A stretch of DNA of 64,000 bases, taken from assembly GCA_002708385.1 (NCBI GenBank), contig PANM01000013.1:1411-65410 (forward strand), in the 5' to 3' direction. The notes under the pieces were generated by a model, which saw only the letters and a program-made list of their open reading frames with translations, had not been told where the DNA came from and did no database searches. The stretch comes from Methanobacteriota archaeon. Lineage in GTDB: Archaea; Thermoplasmatota; Poseidoniia; Poseidoniales; Thalassarchaeaceae. Position numbers and translations under genes: made by a program. Below are positions 19,083 through 28,029 of the stretch, in pieces; positions within the stretch are counted from its first letter, which is position 1, and every line of letters starts with the position of its first letter.

Positions 19083-20024
19083 ATGGCAAAGGGCGCAAAA
19101 GCAAGGGCAGCGGCACGCAAACAGAGAGACAAGTGGAAGGCAAAGCGCTGGTACACAATACGAGCACCTCGTAATCCGTGGTCATTCAGAGTCATTGGGG
19201 AAACCATCGCAGAAGAGCCTGAGCAATTGATTGGGCGCACCTACGACATAATGCAGAATGAACTAGATGGTGACTTCTCCAAAATGCACGTAAAGGTGAT
19301 TTTCAGAATCACGGAAGCTCTAGGCGGAGACGCACTAACCGAATTCATAGGTCACAATGTTTTGAAAGACCATATTCGCCGTCAAATTCGCCGTCATCGA
19401 GGTAAGGTCGATGATACAGTGGATGTTGTTACTGAGGATGGCTATTATGTCAGATTCAAGCCTTTACTTATTTCTCGATCAAGAGTTAAGTCTAGCCAAA
19501 AATCCGCTATGAGAGCCAATGCACGTGATACAATCCTAACCATGGGTGCAAGTTCCACTTGGATTCAGTTGCAAAAAGCCGTACTGGATGGCACAATGGA
19601 GGATGCAATCAAGGAATCAGTCTCCAAGGTCAGCCCTGTAAGGACAGTCATGATTCGTCGAAGTCAATTACTCCAGAGTGGAGTGATAGTGGAAGATGGC
19701 CCTACATTAGACGAAATTCATGCCGAAGAAAAGGCGGCCGCAGCAGCTGCTGAAGTTGAAGAAGTAGACGTTTTGGCTGCTGCAGAGGCTTCAGCGGAAC
19801 TTTCAGAAGTTGATGAGTCGGATGTTAGTGAAGAAGTAAAATCCGAGGCAGAGGATGATGACTCTGGAGATAAAGAAGATTCAATCGACATTCCAGAGAC
19901 TGATGATGACACAGAGCAAGATTTTAACTCTATGACCGTAGCTGAATTAAAGCAATTACTCAAGGAAGCTGGAAAACCCGTTTCTGGTAAGAAAGCAGAC
20001 TTAATTGCCCGCCTGCAAGAGTAA
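19083..20024 (+). CDS. rps3ae: 30S ribosomal protein S3Ae (eS1) fused to an acidic linker and a C-terminal SAP/HeH-like motif
   Basis: KWKAKRWYTIRAPRNPW..IGRTYDIMQNELDGDFSKMHVKVIFRI is the S3Ae signature. The C-terminus MTVAELKQLLKEAGKPVSGKKADLIARLQE is SAP-like. Confidence 0.85.
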   Translation: MAKGAKARAAARKQRDKWKAKRWYTIRAPRNPWSFRVIGETIAEEPEQLIGRTYDIMQNELDGDFSKMHVKVIFRITEALGGDALTEFIGHNVLKDHIRRQIRRHRGKVDDTVDVVTEDGYYVRFKPLLISRSRVKSSQKSAMRANARDTILTMGASSTWIQLQKAVLDGTMEDAIKESVSKVSPVRTVMIRRSQLLQSGVIVEDGPTLDEIHAEEKAAAAAAEVEEVDVLAAAEASAELSEVDESDVSEEVKSEAEDDDSGDKEDSIDIPETDDDTEQDFNSMTVAELKQLLKEAGKPVSGKKADLIARLQE

Positions 20025-20063
20025 TGATAAAGTGGGCAGGAAGCCCATTTCATTATCAGAGGG

Positions 20064-20828
20064 TTGGTTAGTTTGGTAAGATTAGCGGTGATAAGTGGGA
20101 CAGGAATGTCTGCACTCGCTGAGGAATTACTGGATTTTGGAGGAACTCAAAATACCATCCTTGTAGATTCAAAATGGGGTCAAGTTCCATGTATCGTAAT
20201 TAAAACAAAAAAGGATTCAATTTTATTACTCGATAGACATCATTGTGAGGGTGATGCAAGAACTCCGCCTCACGAAATTGAACATAGGGCAAATATTCAT
20301 GCAGCCAAATCATTTGCTCCGAATTTAATTTTAAGTGTAAATTCTGTTGGTTCAATGATAGAAGAATTGCCTCCAGGGACTATTGGTGTAGCAGGTGATG
20401 TACTCGATCTGGCTGTTAGGCCTTGGACATTTCATGACAATGATGCGATTCATGCAGACAGAACATCGATTTTTGACAGAAATGCAAGTTTAATCTGTTC
20501 CAATTCACTTTCCAATAGTCAAGAAACTACACCAATCGGAATTATTGTTGCACAATGTGTAGGGCCCCAATTCGAATCACCAGCAGAAATTGATGCACTT
20601 GTCAGGTTAGGGGCCGATGTTGTTGGAATGACACTTGGCCCTGAATCGCGTCTTATCGCAGAAACTGGTGTCCCACATGTGGCAATTTCTTGCTCTTCAA
20701 ATTGGGCTGCCGGAAGGACACCCGGTGACCCGTCTGCGGAAATAGATCACCATGCCGTTGATGCAATGGCTGCAACTCTAAGAGCTAGGGTTAAAGATTG
20801 TATTATTGCATTATTAGATAATTACTGA
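20064..20828 (+). CDS. Purine nucleoside / 5'-methylthioadenosine phosphorylase family protein
   Basis: PNP/MTAP-family blocks (HRANIHAAKSF.., VNSVGSM, GPQFESPAEIDALVRLGADVVGMTLGPE). Confidence 0.75.
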   Translation: MVSLVRLAVISGTGMSALAEELLDFGGTQNTILVDSKWGQVPCIVIKTKKDSILLLDRHHCEGDARTPPHEIEHRANIHAAKSFAPNLILSVNSVGSMIEELPPGTIGVAGDVLDLAVRPWTFHDNDAIHADRTSIFDRNASLICSNSLSNSQETTPIGIIVAQCVGPQFESPAEIDALVRLGADVVGMTLGPESRLIAETGVPHVAISCSSNWAAGRTPGDPSAEIDHHAVDAMAATLRARVKDCIIALLDNY

Positions 20829-20837
20829 GGGTTAAAT

Positions 20838-21140
20838 GTGCGTGACCAAAGGATAGGTTTGCCCCTTCTTGTGATAGCAATAATTCTATTCGCTTATTCG
20901 ATTGACCGTATGGATTATTGGGACCAAGCAGACAAAGCTTACGAAAAAGAATGTCTACCTCATAATAATCCTCAGCCAAACGCGGAAATTTGTCAGGAAT
21001 TGGAAAATGAAGCAAATTCTCGTTTAACCAATTTTTCTCTAACATTATTTTCATCAATTATAATGTCACTTATTGGTCTTGTATATCTTCTTCCTCAGGG
21101 GGATGACTACCCAAAATCTCCACCAGGTGGAAGGTTCTAG
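20838..21140 (+). CDS. Small two-TM membrane protein (hypothetical)
   Basis: Hydrophobic helices at both ends. GTG start. Preferred over the antisense ORF 20803-21057, which lacks any feature. Confidence 0.35.
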   Translation: MRDQRIGLPLLVIAIILFAYSIDRMDYWDQADKAYEKECLPHNNPQPNAEICQELENEANSRLTNFSLTLFSSIIMSLIGLVYLLPQGDDYPKSPPGGRF

Positions 21141-21182
21141 GGGATTAGACAATTTGATGGTTCTCCAACATCTGGGCGCTCT

Positions 21183-21572
21183 ATGGAAAGACTCCTGAGT
21201 GTAGATGATTGGAAGGAAATTGAATGGAATTCTAAGCCCGATGGCTCTTGGTCTACCATGATGGCTAGGGTTGCCGCTTTCCATAGTAAACACGATTTCG
21301 CCAACCCTGAGAATAATGGGCATGATATGGGTTACCGTGTTGCCCTAACCGTTGAGGAATTAGGTGAGTTTGCAGCGGCAATCACCAAAGGAAAGCCTAA
21401 GGAAGAAGCCTCCGAAGAACTAGCAGATTTACTGATTTTGATACTTGGCCATTCTCTTGCAATGCACATCGATTTGGAATCCGAATTCCACTCAAAAATG
21501 GATAAAATAATGCAAAGAAAAGCCAGAAGAGGAAACTTGGGAATTAGAGTAACAGAATACGACGGAGAATGA
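21183..21572 (+). CDS. MazG-like nucleotide pyrophosphohydrolase
   Basis: EELGEFAAAI...EELADLLILILG (EExxE...ExxD-type helices). Confidence 0.7.
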   Translation: MERLLSVDDWKEIEWNSKPDGSWSTMMARVAAFHSKHDFANPENNGHDMGYRVALTVEELGEFAAAITKGKPKEEASEELADLLILILGHSLAMHIDLESEFHSKMDKIMQRKARRGNLGIRVTEYDGE

Positions 21573-21629
21573 ATTTGGAGATAACTCTAGGACTGTCATA
21601 ATAAATCTATTATCCTAAATTATTAGGTT

Positions 21630-21641
21630 TTTTTAAATTGT
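21630..21641 (+). promoter_or_regulatory. T/A-rich box (TTTTTTTAAATT); candidate oligo-T terminator and/or TATA box ~20-30 nt upstream of the 21661 ATG
   Basis: Sequence only. The spacing would fit a leaderless or short-leader transcript. Confidence 0.25.
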
Positions 21642-21660
21642 TAATAATATCCGGCCAACT

Positions 21661-22833
21661 ATGACGTTGGACATGCAAGCCGCTCAAGATGATGAAGAAT
21701 CGAATCCAAAAGTCGACTCTGAAACGTATGATGTAATTATCGTCGGAGCTGGTGCAGCTGGAATCGGTGTCGGAATTGCTATTGCTCATGCAGGAATTGA
21801 GAACTTCCTGATTGTTGATAGAGATACAGTAGGTTCCTCTTTTTCTTCATGGCCAGAAGAGACTCGATTCATTACGCCTTCATTTCCCAGTAATTCTATT
21901 GGAATGCTAGATCTAAATTCGATTGCAATCGGAATATCTCCCGCATTTAGCATGAAGGTTGAGCACCCTACTGGTAAGGAATACGCCGAACACTTACAGG
22001 ATATAGCTGAATATTTTGAGCTCCCAATTTTAGAAAATACAAATGTAGATTCTATAGAGAAAACCGACGGGTTATTTCATCTAAATATTGGTGACAGTAA
22101 CTTGCTGGCTAAGAATGTAATTTGGGCTGCAGGGGAATATCAATATCCACTATTGGATGGATTTGAAGGCGTTGAATTATGCAGGCATACGGCAACAGTT
22201 TCGAGATATGCAGATTTAGAAGGGGATAATTTTCTAATTATCGGCGGATACGAAAGTGGAATAGATGCTGCATATCATCTTGCTAATAATGGTAAAAAGG
22301 TGGTATTATTCGACATTAACAGCCCATGGGACGAAGAAAGTTCAGATCCAAGTATTACTTTGTCTACTTTTTCATTCGAACGAATGAGAAATTCAAATTT
22401 TGAAAATAATGTCAGATTAAACTCGCAGACTCCAGTAAAATCAGTCAAGATAGTAGATGGAACCTACGAAGTCAGAACTCAAGATGGTCAAGTCTTCAGT
22501 TCTAATTCTAAGCCTCTGTTCGCAGGCGGATTCGACGGAAGTCACCAATTCGTGTCACATTTATTCGATGAAAGAGAAGATGCATTCCCCTTACTGAATG
22601 ATAGTGACGAATCAACTATAGTTCCTGGTATGTACCTTTGTGGCCCATCAGTTCGTCATGACGGTCATATTTTTTGTTTCATTTTCAAATATAGACAACG
22701 GTTTGCAATCGTCGCGCAAGCAATTGCATCGTCCCTAGATATCGATACAGATGAATTCGTCGAGGCTTACAGGGGTTGGGGGATGTACTTAGACGATTTA
22801 TCCTGTTGCGGACAGGAGTGTTTGACATGTTGA
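21661..22833 (+). CDS. FAD/NAD(P)-binding oxidoreductase (flavin monooxygenase-like), with a Cys-rich C-terminus
   Basis: YDVIIVGAGAAGIGVG dinucleotide-binding motif and a second GGYESGIDAA motif. Ends in CCGQECLTC. Confidence 0.7.
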   Translation: MTLDMQAAQDDEESNPKVDSETYDVIIVGAGAAGIGVGIAIAHAGIENFLIVDRDTVGSSFSSWPEETRFITPSFPSNSIGMLDLNSIAIGISPAFSMKVEHPTGKEYAEHLQDIAEYFELPILENTNVDSIEKTDGLFHLNIGDSNLLAKNVIWAAGEYQYPLLDGFEGVELCRHTATVSRYADLEGDNFLIIGGYESGIDAAYHLANNGKKVVLFDINSPWDEESSDPSITLSTFSFERMRNSNFENNVRLNSQTPVKSVKIVDGTYEVRTQDGQVFSSNSKPLFAGGFDGSHQFVSHLFDEREDAFPLLNDSDESTIVPGMYLCGPSVRHDGHIFCFIFKYRQRFAIVAQAIASSLDIDTDEFVEAYRGWGMYLDDLSCCGQECLTC

Positions 22834-23018
22834 AGGGAAATGAAACTCGAATAGGAAAAATTCTGAGTATTGAATGGCTTGGACAAACCCTTGCAAGTCT
22901 ATGCTGGATTATCAGTGTATTCGTATACGAAATTGAAGGCCCTGGTGATTGGTTACAATTGGGGGCTGCTTCATTTTGGATGATGTCAAACATTTCAGCT
23001 ATATTTAGCATAAAATAA
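22827..23018 (+). CDS. Small membrane protein (hypothetical), overlapping the upstream stop by 7 nt
   Basis: ATG at 22827 overlaps the TGA at 22831-22833. Two hydrophobic segments. Confidence 0.35.
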   Translation: MLKGNETRIGKILSIEWLGQTLASLCWIISVFVYEIEGPGDWLQLGAASFWMMSNISAIFSIK

Positions 23019-23067
23019 CTAGGTTAATAATTCAGAATTAGCAGCCAACTGAACTACGATTATATCC

Positions 23068-23469
23068 TTAATGAAATTTTTTTGTTCTCTTTTCCATTGG
23101 ATATTCTGCAATCCACAAACTAACCCATATACCCGCTAACTGTAATGTTAGTCTAACTAAATTTCCTAATTCGGTCAATGATTCACCATCGCCCAGTTCG
23201 ACAGAACTTATCCACATGTACAGATTTGCTGGATATAGCCAAACCAACATTGCTGCACTTGCAAAACCACCAACTTTTCTTAATGAGGGGATTATGAGTA
23301 ATATCCCTACAGCAATTTCTACAATTCCACTTAGTATTACCCAAAATTTAGCAGAACCAAAGAATGGTGGTACAATTGGTTCGAACCACTCAGTATCTGT
23401 GAAATGCAAAATTCCGACATAGACAAAAAACGAACCACCGATAATTGCGAACATGTCGCGTGAATTCAT
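23068..23469 (-). CDS. DoxX-like membrane protein
   Basis: Four hydrophobic helices and a DoxX-like pattern (ILSGIVEIAVGILLIIP). The ATG at 23469 avoids overlap with folA. Confidence 0.55.
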   Translation of the reverse strand: MNSRDMFAIIGGSFFVYVGILHFTDTEWFEPIVPPFFGSAKFWVILSGIVEIAVGILLIIPSLRKVGGFASAAMLVWLYPANLYMWISSVELGDGESLTELGNLVRLTLQLAGIWVSLWIAEYPMEKRTKKFH

Positions 23470-23470
23470 A

Positions 23471-23980
23471 TCATCGCCTAGTCCAGATGGAATATGTAGT
23501 GTCGTATTCATTGTTGGAGTCTAATTGCAATTTTTCGATAACTTCCTCAGACCATTCAGAACGATTCCATTCTGGGAATTTTATGTCCCCACTATTATTG
23601 GTTTGGACTGTTGTAAGATGAATTTCTTCTACTCGATTAAGAAACATTTGGTAAATCTGAGCCCCGCCAATAATCCAGCATTCATCGCAACCATCTGCAT
23701 AGGCAATTTCTATTGCTCGACCGATGTATAGAGCAGTTTCTGCCCCATCTGCTTCCCATCCGGTGTCTCTTGACATGACGACGTTCAATCTCTCAGGTAA
23801 CGGCCTATATGCTTCGGGGAGTGAATCCCAAGTTTTTCTTCCCATTATTACTGCGTTAAATCCATCTCCTTCAGTCAATTGTTTGAAGCGAGCCATATCA
23901 GAAGCCAGACGCCATGGAAGGCCTTCTCCTCTTCCTATACAGCCATCTTCATCCATCGCCACAATCATTGCCATTCGCAT
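23471..23980 (-). CDS. folA: Dihydrofolate reductase
   Basis: MIVAMDEDGCIGRGEGLPWRL..D..F...T....VIMGRKTWDSLP...PLPER.NVVMSR...IIGGAQIY. Confidence 0.85.
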   Translation of the reverse strand: MRMAMIVAMDEDGCIGRGEGLPWRLASDMARFKQLTEGDGFNAVIMGRKTWDSLPEAYRPLPERLNVVMSRDTGWEADGAETALYIGRAIEIAYADGCDECWIIGGAQIYQMFLNRVEEIHLTTVQTNNSGDIKFPEWNRSEWSEEVIEKLQLDSNNEYDTTYSIWTRR

Positions 23981-23989
23981 ATTTATTCC

Positions 23990-24784
23990 TCAAACTGATA
24001 TAGGTGCAGAGATGTGTGGGTGGTGCTCATAATTGAGAATTTCAATACTATCAGCAGTAAACTCATCAATTTCTGAGATAGTCTCATCTAACTTGAGTTT
24101 AGGCAATGGAAGTGGTTTCCTGGAAATTTGCTCTTTGGCTTGTTCTAAGTGATTTAGGTACAAATGACAATCTCCCCCAGTCCAGACAAATTCTCCTGGT
24201 TGCAAACCGCATACTTGAGCCATCATACAGGTCAGCAGGCTGTATGAGGAAATATTGAATGGGACTCCAAGAAAAGCATCAGCACTTCTTTGGTATAATT
24301 GACAGGACAATTTTCCTTCGTTGACATAGAATTGGAAAAAAGCATGGCAAGGCATTAGCGCCATGTCTTCCAATTCACCAACATTCCAAGCTGAAACAAT
24401 TATTCTTCGTGAATTCGGGTTCTGTTTGATCATTTCAATGGCATTTTCAATTTGGTCAACGACCCTGCCATCATTAGTCTCCCATTTTCTCCATTGTTTT
24501 CCATAAACAGGTCCAAGGTCACCATCCTCGTCAGCCCATTCGTTCCATATACGGACATTATTTTCCTGTAGATAGGCAACGTTTGTATCTCCAGATAAAA
24601 ACCACAATAATTCATGGATAATACTAGGCCAGTGGATCTTTTTTGTGGTAACCGCTGGAAAAGATTCAGTAAGGTCAAATCTCATTTGATGGCCAAAAAC
24701 CGAGATTGTTCCTGTACCTGTACGGTCTGATTTCTCTACTCCCTCATCGAGTATTCGTTCGAGGAATGCTAGGTATTGCTCCAT
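23990..24784 (-). CDS. thyA: Thymidylate synthase (ThyA type)
   Basis: MEQYL..L..IL.EG..K.DRTGTGT.SVFG.QMRFDL; LWFLSGDTN; [14 protein letters not shown]; C-terminal PISV. 264 aa from the ATG at 24784 (the ORF opens at 24817). Confidence 0.92.
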   Translation of the reverse strand: MEQYLAFLERILDEGVEKSDRTGTGTISVFGHQMRFDLTESFPAVTTKKIHWPSIIHELLWFLSGDTNVAYLQENNVRIWNEWADEDGDLGPVYGKQWRKWETNDGRVVDQIENAIEMIKQNPNSRRIIVSAWNVGELEDMALMPCHAFFQFYVNEGKLSCQLYQRSADAFLGVPFNISSYSLLTCMMAQVCGLQPGEFVWTGGDCHLYLNHLEQAKEQISRKPLPLPKLKLDETISEIDEFTADSIEILNYEHHPHISAPISV

Positions 24785-24863
24785 GGTTACTAGCACTGGA
24801 CGCCATCTCAAGTCCATGAAGGATGCGGCACTCGTTACTCCGATTCAAATCGTGAAATCGGTG

Positions 24864-25664
24864 TCATGGAGCCCCTAATTCTCTTAGATTCTTCATTAGT
24901 TGGTCTGTGAATTTACGATACAATGATTTCATGATGGATCTTCGACCGTGCTCATCTAACTTTACCAAATTGTCAACATCCTCGTCAGTGAAATTACCTC
25001 CTTCAGAGCTGGCTAACCAATCTGCAAACGTAATTGGATAATCGATGTTAACTTGCACTTTCGCAAGTGGGTTTATTATTGCTGAACCCGGCGCCATAAA
25101 ATCCCTTGAACCAATTATCGCCATTGGTACAATTGGGACATTTGGGAACTTAGCCGCTAATCTTGCAACTCCTGTTTTCCCTCTCGATAAATACGGTGCT
25201 TGCTTATTTCTTGAGCGGGTTCCTTCAGGGAAAATTCCCATGATATTTCCACTTGACAATACATCAACGGCACTAGTCAAGGCATCTCCTCCACCTGATT
25301 CTCTATAGGTTTCAATTTGACCGGTTGAAGTCATTATTTTCTGAAATTTCCTATCTTCAAAGTGTTCGGCTTTAGCAAGATAGTGAACGGGTCTTCTTGC
25401 ACCCATTATTTTGACGATTGGATCTATATGGGATGTATGGTTTCCTGTTAATATCGCGGGACCGTTTTTTGGAATTCTTTCCAATCCTTGGTACCTCACG
25501 TTTGTGATTGACCTTACAAGAGGTGGAAGTACGTACATTAGGCCCCTGTAGAATATCGGAGTTGACTGTTGGTGGCCTGAACCCTGTAAGCCAGTCAAGT
25601 CCGAAATGTTCTGCAAGGATGCCAAACTTAACCCGGCCATGGTATGTCCAAGACTTAGAGGCAT
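24864..25664 (-). CDS. plsC: 1-acyl-sn-glycerol-3-phosphate acyltransferase-like (PlsC family)
   Basis: NHTSHIDP (HX4D) and FPEGTRS motifs. The ORF opens at 25832, but that would overlap the divergent gene. Start uncertain (M at 25664 chosen). Confidence 0.72.
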   Translation of the reverse strand: MPLSLGHTMAGLSLASLQNISDLTGLQGSGHQQSTPIFYRGLMYVLPPLVRSITNVRYQGLERIPKNGPAILTGNHTSHIDPIVKIMGARRPVHYLAKAEHFEDRKFQKIMTSTGQIETYRESGGGDALTSAVDVLSSGNIMGIFPEGTRSRNKQAPYLSRGKTGVARLAAKFPNVPIVPMAIIGSRDFMAPGSAIINPLAKVQVNIDYPITFADWLASSEGGNFTDEDVDNLVKLDEHGRRSIMKSLYRKFTDQLMKNLRELGAP

Positions 25665-25746
25665 TATTTCTTTACGGAGGTCCGATGCCTTCTTTTGGAC
25701 CCTCCTACAGCGATTGATTGTGTTGAATCGCAGAGCGGTTAGCGTC

Positions 25747-26838
25747 ATGCTTTGTAGCATCTTAATCATACCCATTGCAACTCCTTCAGTTGTTGCAGAA
25801 TGGGACGATGATAATTGGTTGAAAAACATCATTGGACCAGAACGGCTTGAGCTTGGAGACGAGTTTGGTTGTCATGGTTTTGAAGGAATAGATTTGAGAG
25901 AAGAGGCTTGGGTTATTCAGGGTTGTAGAGATTACCTAAGCGGTTTCACGGACGCATCACGTTGGGGGGCACCTCCGATTTCGTTCGGCCATCCAAACGG
26001 GCCAGTGACCGAAGATGTAGCCCGTTCGCTTTCAGATGCAGGTTTTTCAATTATAGGAGATAGAATCGAAGGTGATTCCTATGGTTTAAATGTTGTAAAT
26101 AGACTTACTAGCCTTGAAAAAGGCCAAGCGAATTTAACCGCTATAGAAAACGCTCCAGAAGACACTTTAGTCAGTTTGTATTGGATTGGTAGATGGCATG
26201 ATGTGAATATCCGTGAAGATAAATCTGCAATATCCTTGATAACTTCTCAGGAAGTTTGGTTTACAACTTGGGGGGAATGGTATGGTCATAAGCAATCAGG
26301 TGAGTCTTTTGAACGAATTTTGGTCAATGACCCAACGATGAAAACATATCGTATTTCTACTTTTGAAGAATCATCTTGGTCTGTCCCTGGAACTGCATTC
26401 TTTGAGTGGTCAGAACCGCCAATAAATATTCAATTCGATGGAGAAAATGCGATGATTATCCCCAGTGGACAAAAGCATTTGATCACAGGAGTTCGCCCTG
26501 TTGAAGGTGGTGCATTTGTTACAGTAAAACCAGGTATTTTCGTAGATTTTATTTTCGAATCAGAAAATGTTTCTGTAAACCATAGTCCACAGTTAACATT
26601 CAATGGTTTACACCACTCAGTGAGTGTAGTTGGACATCATGTTACAAATCTACATGACTGGACTTCTGATTTTCATGAATCTCCTCTTAGGTTTACTTGG
26701 TTAATTGAACGTCCCGCGGCACTGGAAATGGATTGGAGACTCCCTGTGTTGGCAATCGGGATTCTAATTTCCACTCCAATTGCAATCAAATGGGTTGTAG
26801 CCAGAGATAAAGAAGACGAAAATCAACGTTGGGATTAA
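25747..26838 (+). CDS. Secreted, C-terminally anchored hypothetical protein
   Basis: Signal-like MLCSILIIPIATPSVVA from the ATG at 25747. C-terminal TM helix LPVLAIGILISTPIAI. Confidence 0.5.
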   Translation: MLCSILIIPIATPSVVAEWDDDNWLKNIIGPERLELGDEFGCHGFEGIDLREEAWVIQGCRDYLSGFTDASRWGAPPISFGHPNGPVTEDVARSLSDAGFSIIGDRIEGDSYGLNVVNRLTSLEKGQANLTAIENAPEDTLVSLYWIGRWHDVNIREDKSAISLITSQEVWFTTWGEWYGHKQSGESFERILVNDPTMKTYRISTFEESSWSVPGTAFFEWSEPPINIQFDGENAMIIPSGQKHLITGVRPVEGGAFVTVKPGIFVDFIFESENVSVNHSPQLTFNGLHHSVSVVGHHVTNLHDWTSDFHESPLRFTWLIERPAALEMDWRLPVLAIGILISTPIAIKWVVARDKEDENQRWD

Positions 26839-26889
26839 CTAATTTACAAACATCCAAAGAACATATCCTGATGTTTTTTCTAAGTTAGG

Positions 26890-27942
26890 TTATATTTCCG
26901 GCCCATCAATTCGTATATTGTTCAATTTCATATCATTGATAATTTTAGAAATAGTTTCATTTCCCAATGTTTCTGGTGCATGGACGCCTACAGGTAACAT
27001 GTCTGGGTCTTCTAACCATGCTACTACACAACATGCAGTCACCATTCCAGTTGCTCTAGCCATAGAATGACCATCGTCTCCTCCGTAGTCCTCGACTTCC
27101 CACTCCAAAATTTCACCATTTCTTGACTCTGCTCTGACCTTCATCCAAGTAAATTCAGGAATCTTGTGGTCATAACTCCACTCAAAAATCAAATCCTCTT
27201 CATTCAAATCGCCAGATTCTCTTTCGTCGATAAATTTCTGAATATGGCCCGGCCATCGGACGGTGAATTCAGACATTTCTACCGCTGGAATCGATTTCAG
27301 TACAGAACGTAATCCATCTGTTAGAAAAGCCTCCATTTCACCATGCTCTCCGGTATCAACCATATGACGCTGAGTTAAGGCTGGAAGGACGACTTCTTCT
27401 CCCTGGCGAATTACCCTAGCTGGCCTAGTATATTCTGCAATTACATCAATGGGTGAAAATGGAGCCATATACTTCCATTCCCCATACGGTCCCGTAGGAT
27501 TTCCACCTACCCAAACTTCGGCTTTCTCTAAAGGCCCAATTTCTCTATCAGCATAGGCTAACAACATATTGGATAAACCGGGTGCTATACCTACGTCCCA
27601 GAGAATACTAGCCCCGTTATTCTGTGCTTTTTGGCTATCTCTGTCAGGTGTATGTTTACTGAAACTTAAATCCACTACTCGATATCTACTTTCAGCGAGA
27701 TCGGTTGTTGCCATATGTCCGATATCACCTGGTAACATATTCACAACAATGTCAACTTGACCATTGTTGCTCATAGACATCAGGTTATCTAAAACATCGC
27801 CTTGATGTACCGTAATTCCATCAATTCCCATTACTCGATGGGGCTGAATGTCATAAGCGTGAACTTGGTGTCCTAGTGCAGCTAGACGTTTCGCAACCCA
27901 AGCTCCCACTAACCCGCAACCTAAGCAATGAACCACAGCCAT
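26890..27942 (-). CDS. Saccharopine dehydrogenase-family NAD(P)-binding protein
   Basis: N-terminal Rossmann motif CLGCGLVGAWVAKRLAALGHQV and a size typical of the family. Confidence 0.65.
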   Translation of the reverse strand: MAVVHCLGCGLVGAWVAKRLAALGHQVHAYDIQPHRVMGIDGITVHQGDVLDNLMSMSNNGQVDIVVNMLPGDIGHMATTDLAESRYRVVDLSFSKHTPDRDSQKAQNNGASILWDVGIAPGLSNMLLAYADREIGPLEKAEVWVGGNPTGPYGEWKYMAPFSPIDVIAEYTRPARVIRQGEEVVLPALTQRHMVDTGEHGEMEAFLTDGLRSVLKSIPAVEMSEFTVRWPGHIQKFIDERESGDLNEEDLIFEWSYDHKIPEFTWMKVRAESRNGEILEWEVEDYGGDDGHSMARATGMVTACCVVAWLEDPDMLPVGVHAPETLGNETISKIINDMKLNNIRIDGPEI

Positions 27943-28029
27943 GATTGCCGAAAGCCGGTTAAGTTATTGATTAGTTCTAGTTGGCCATCCGAGGCATTTT
28001 TCAAGCGATTACTTGATTGAGGAGAGCAT

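Noticed and set aside
25606-25746. 5' extension of the 25606-26838 ORF, and the 25665-25832 extension of plsC
   Set aside because: The two extensions would overlap each other on opposite strands by over 200 nt. Internal ATGs (25747 and 25664) give a signal peptide and a normal-length PlsC respectively.
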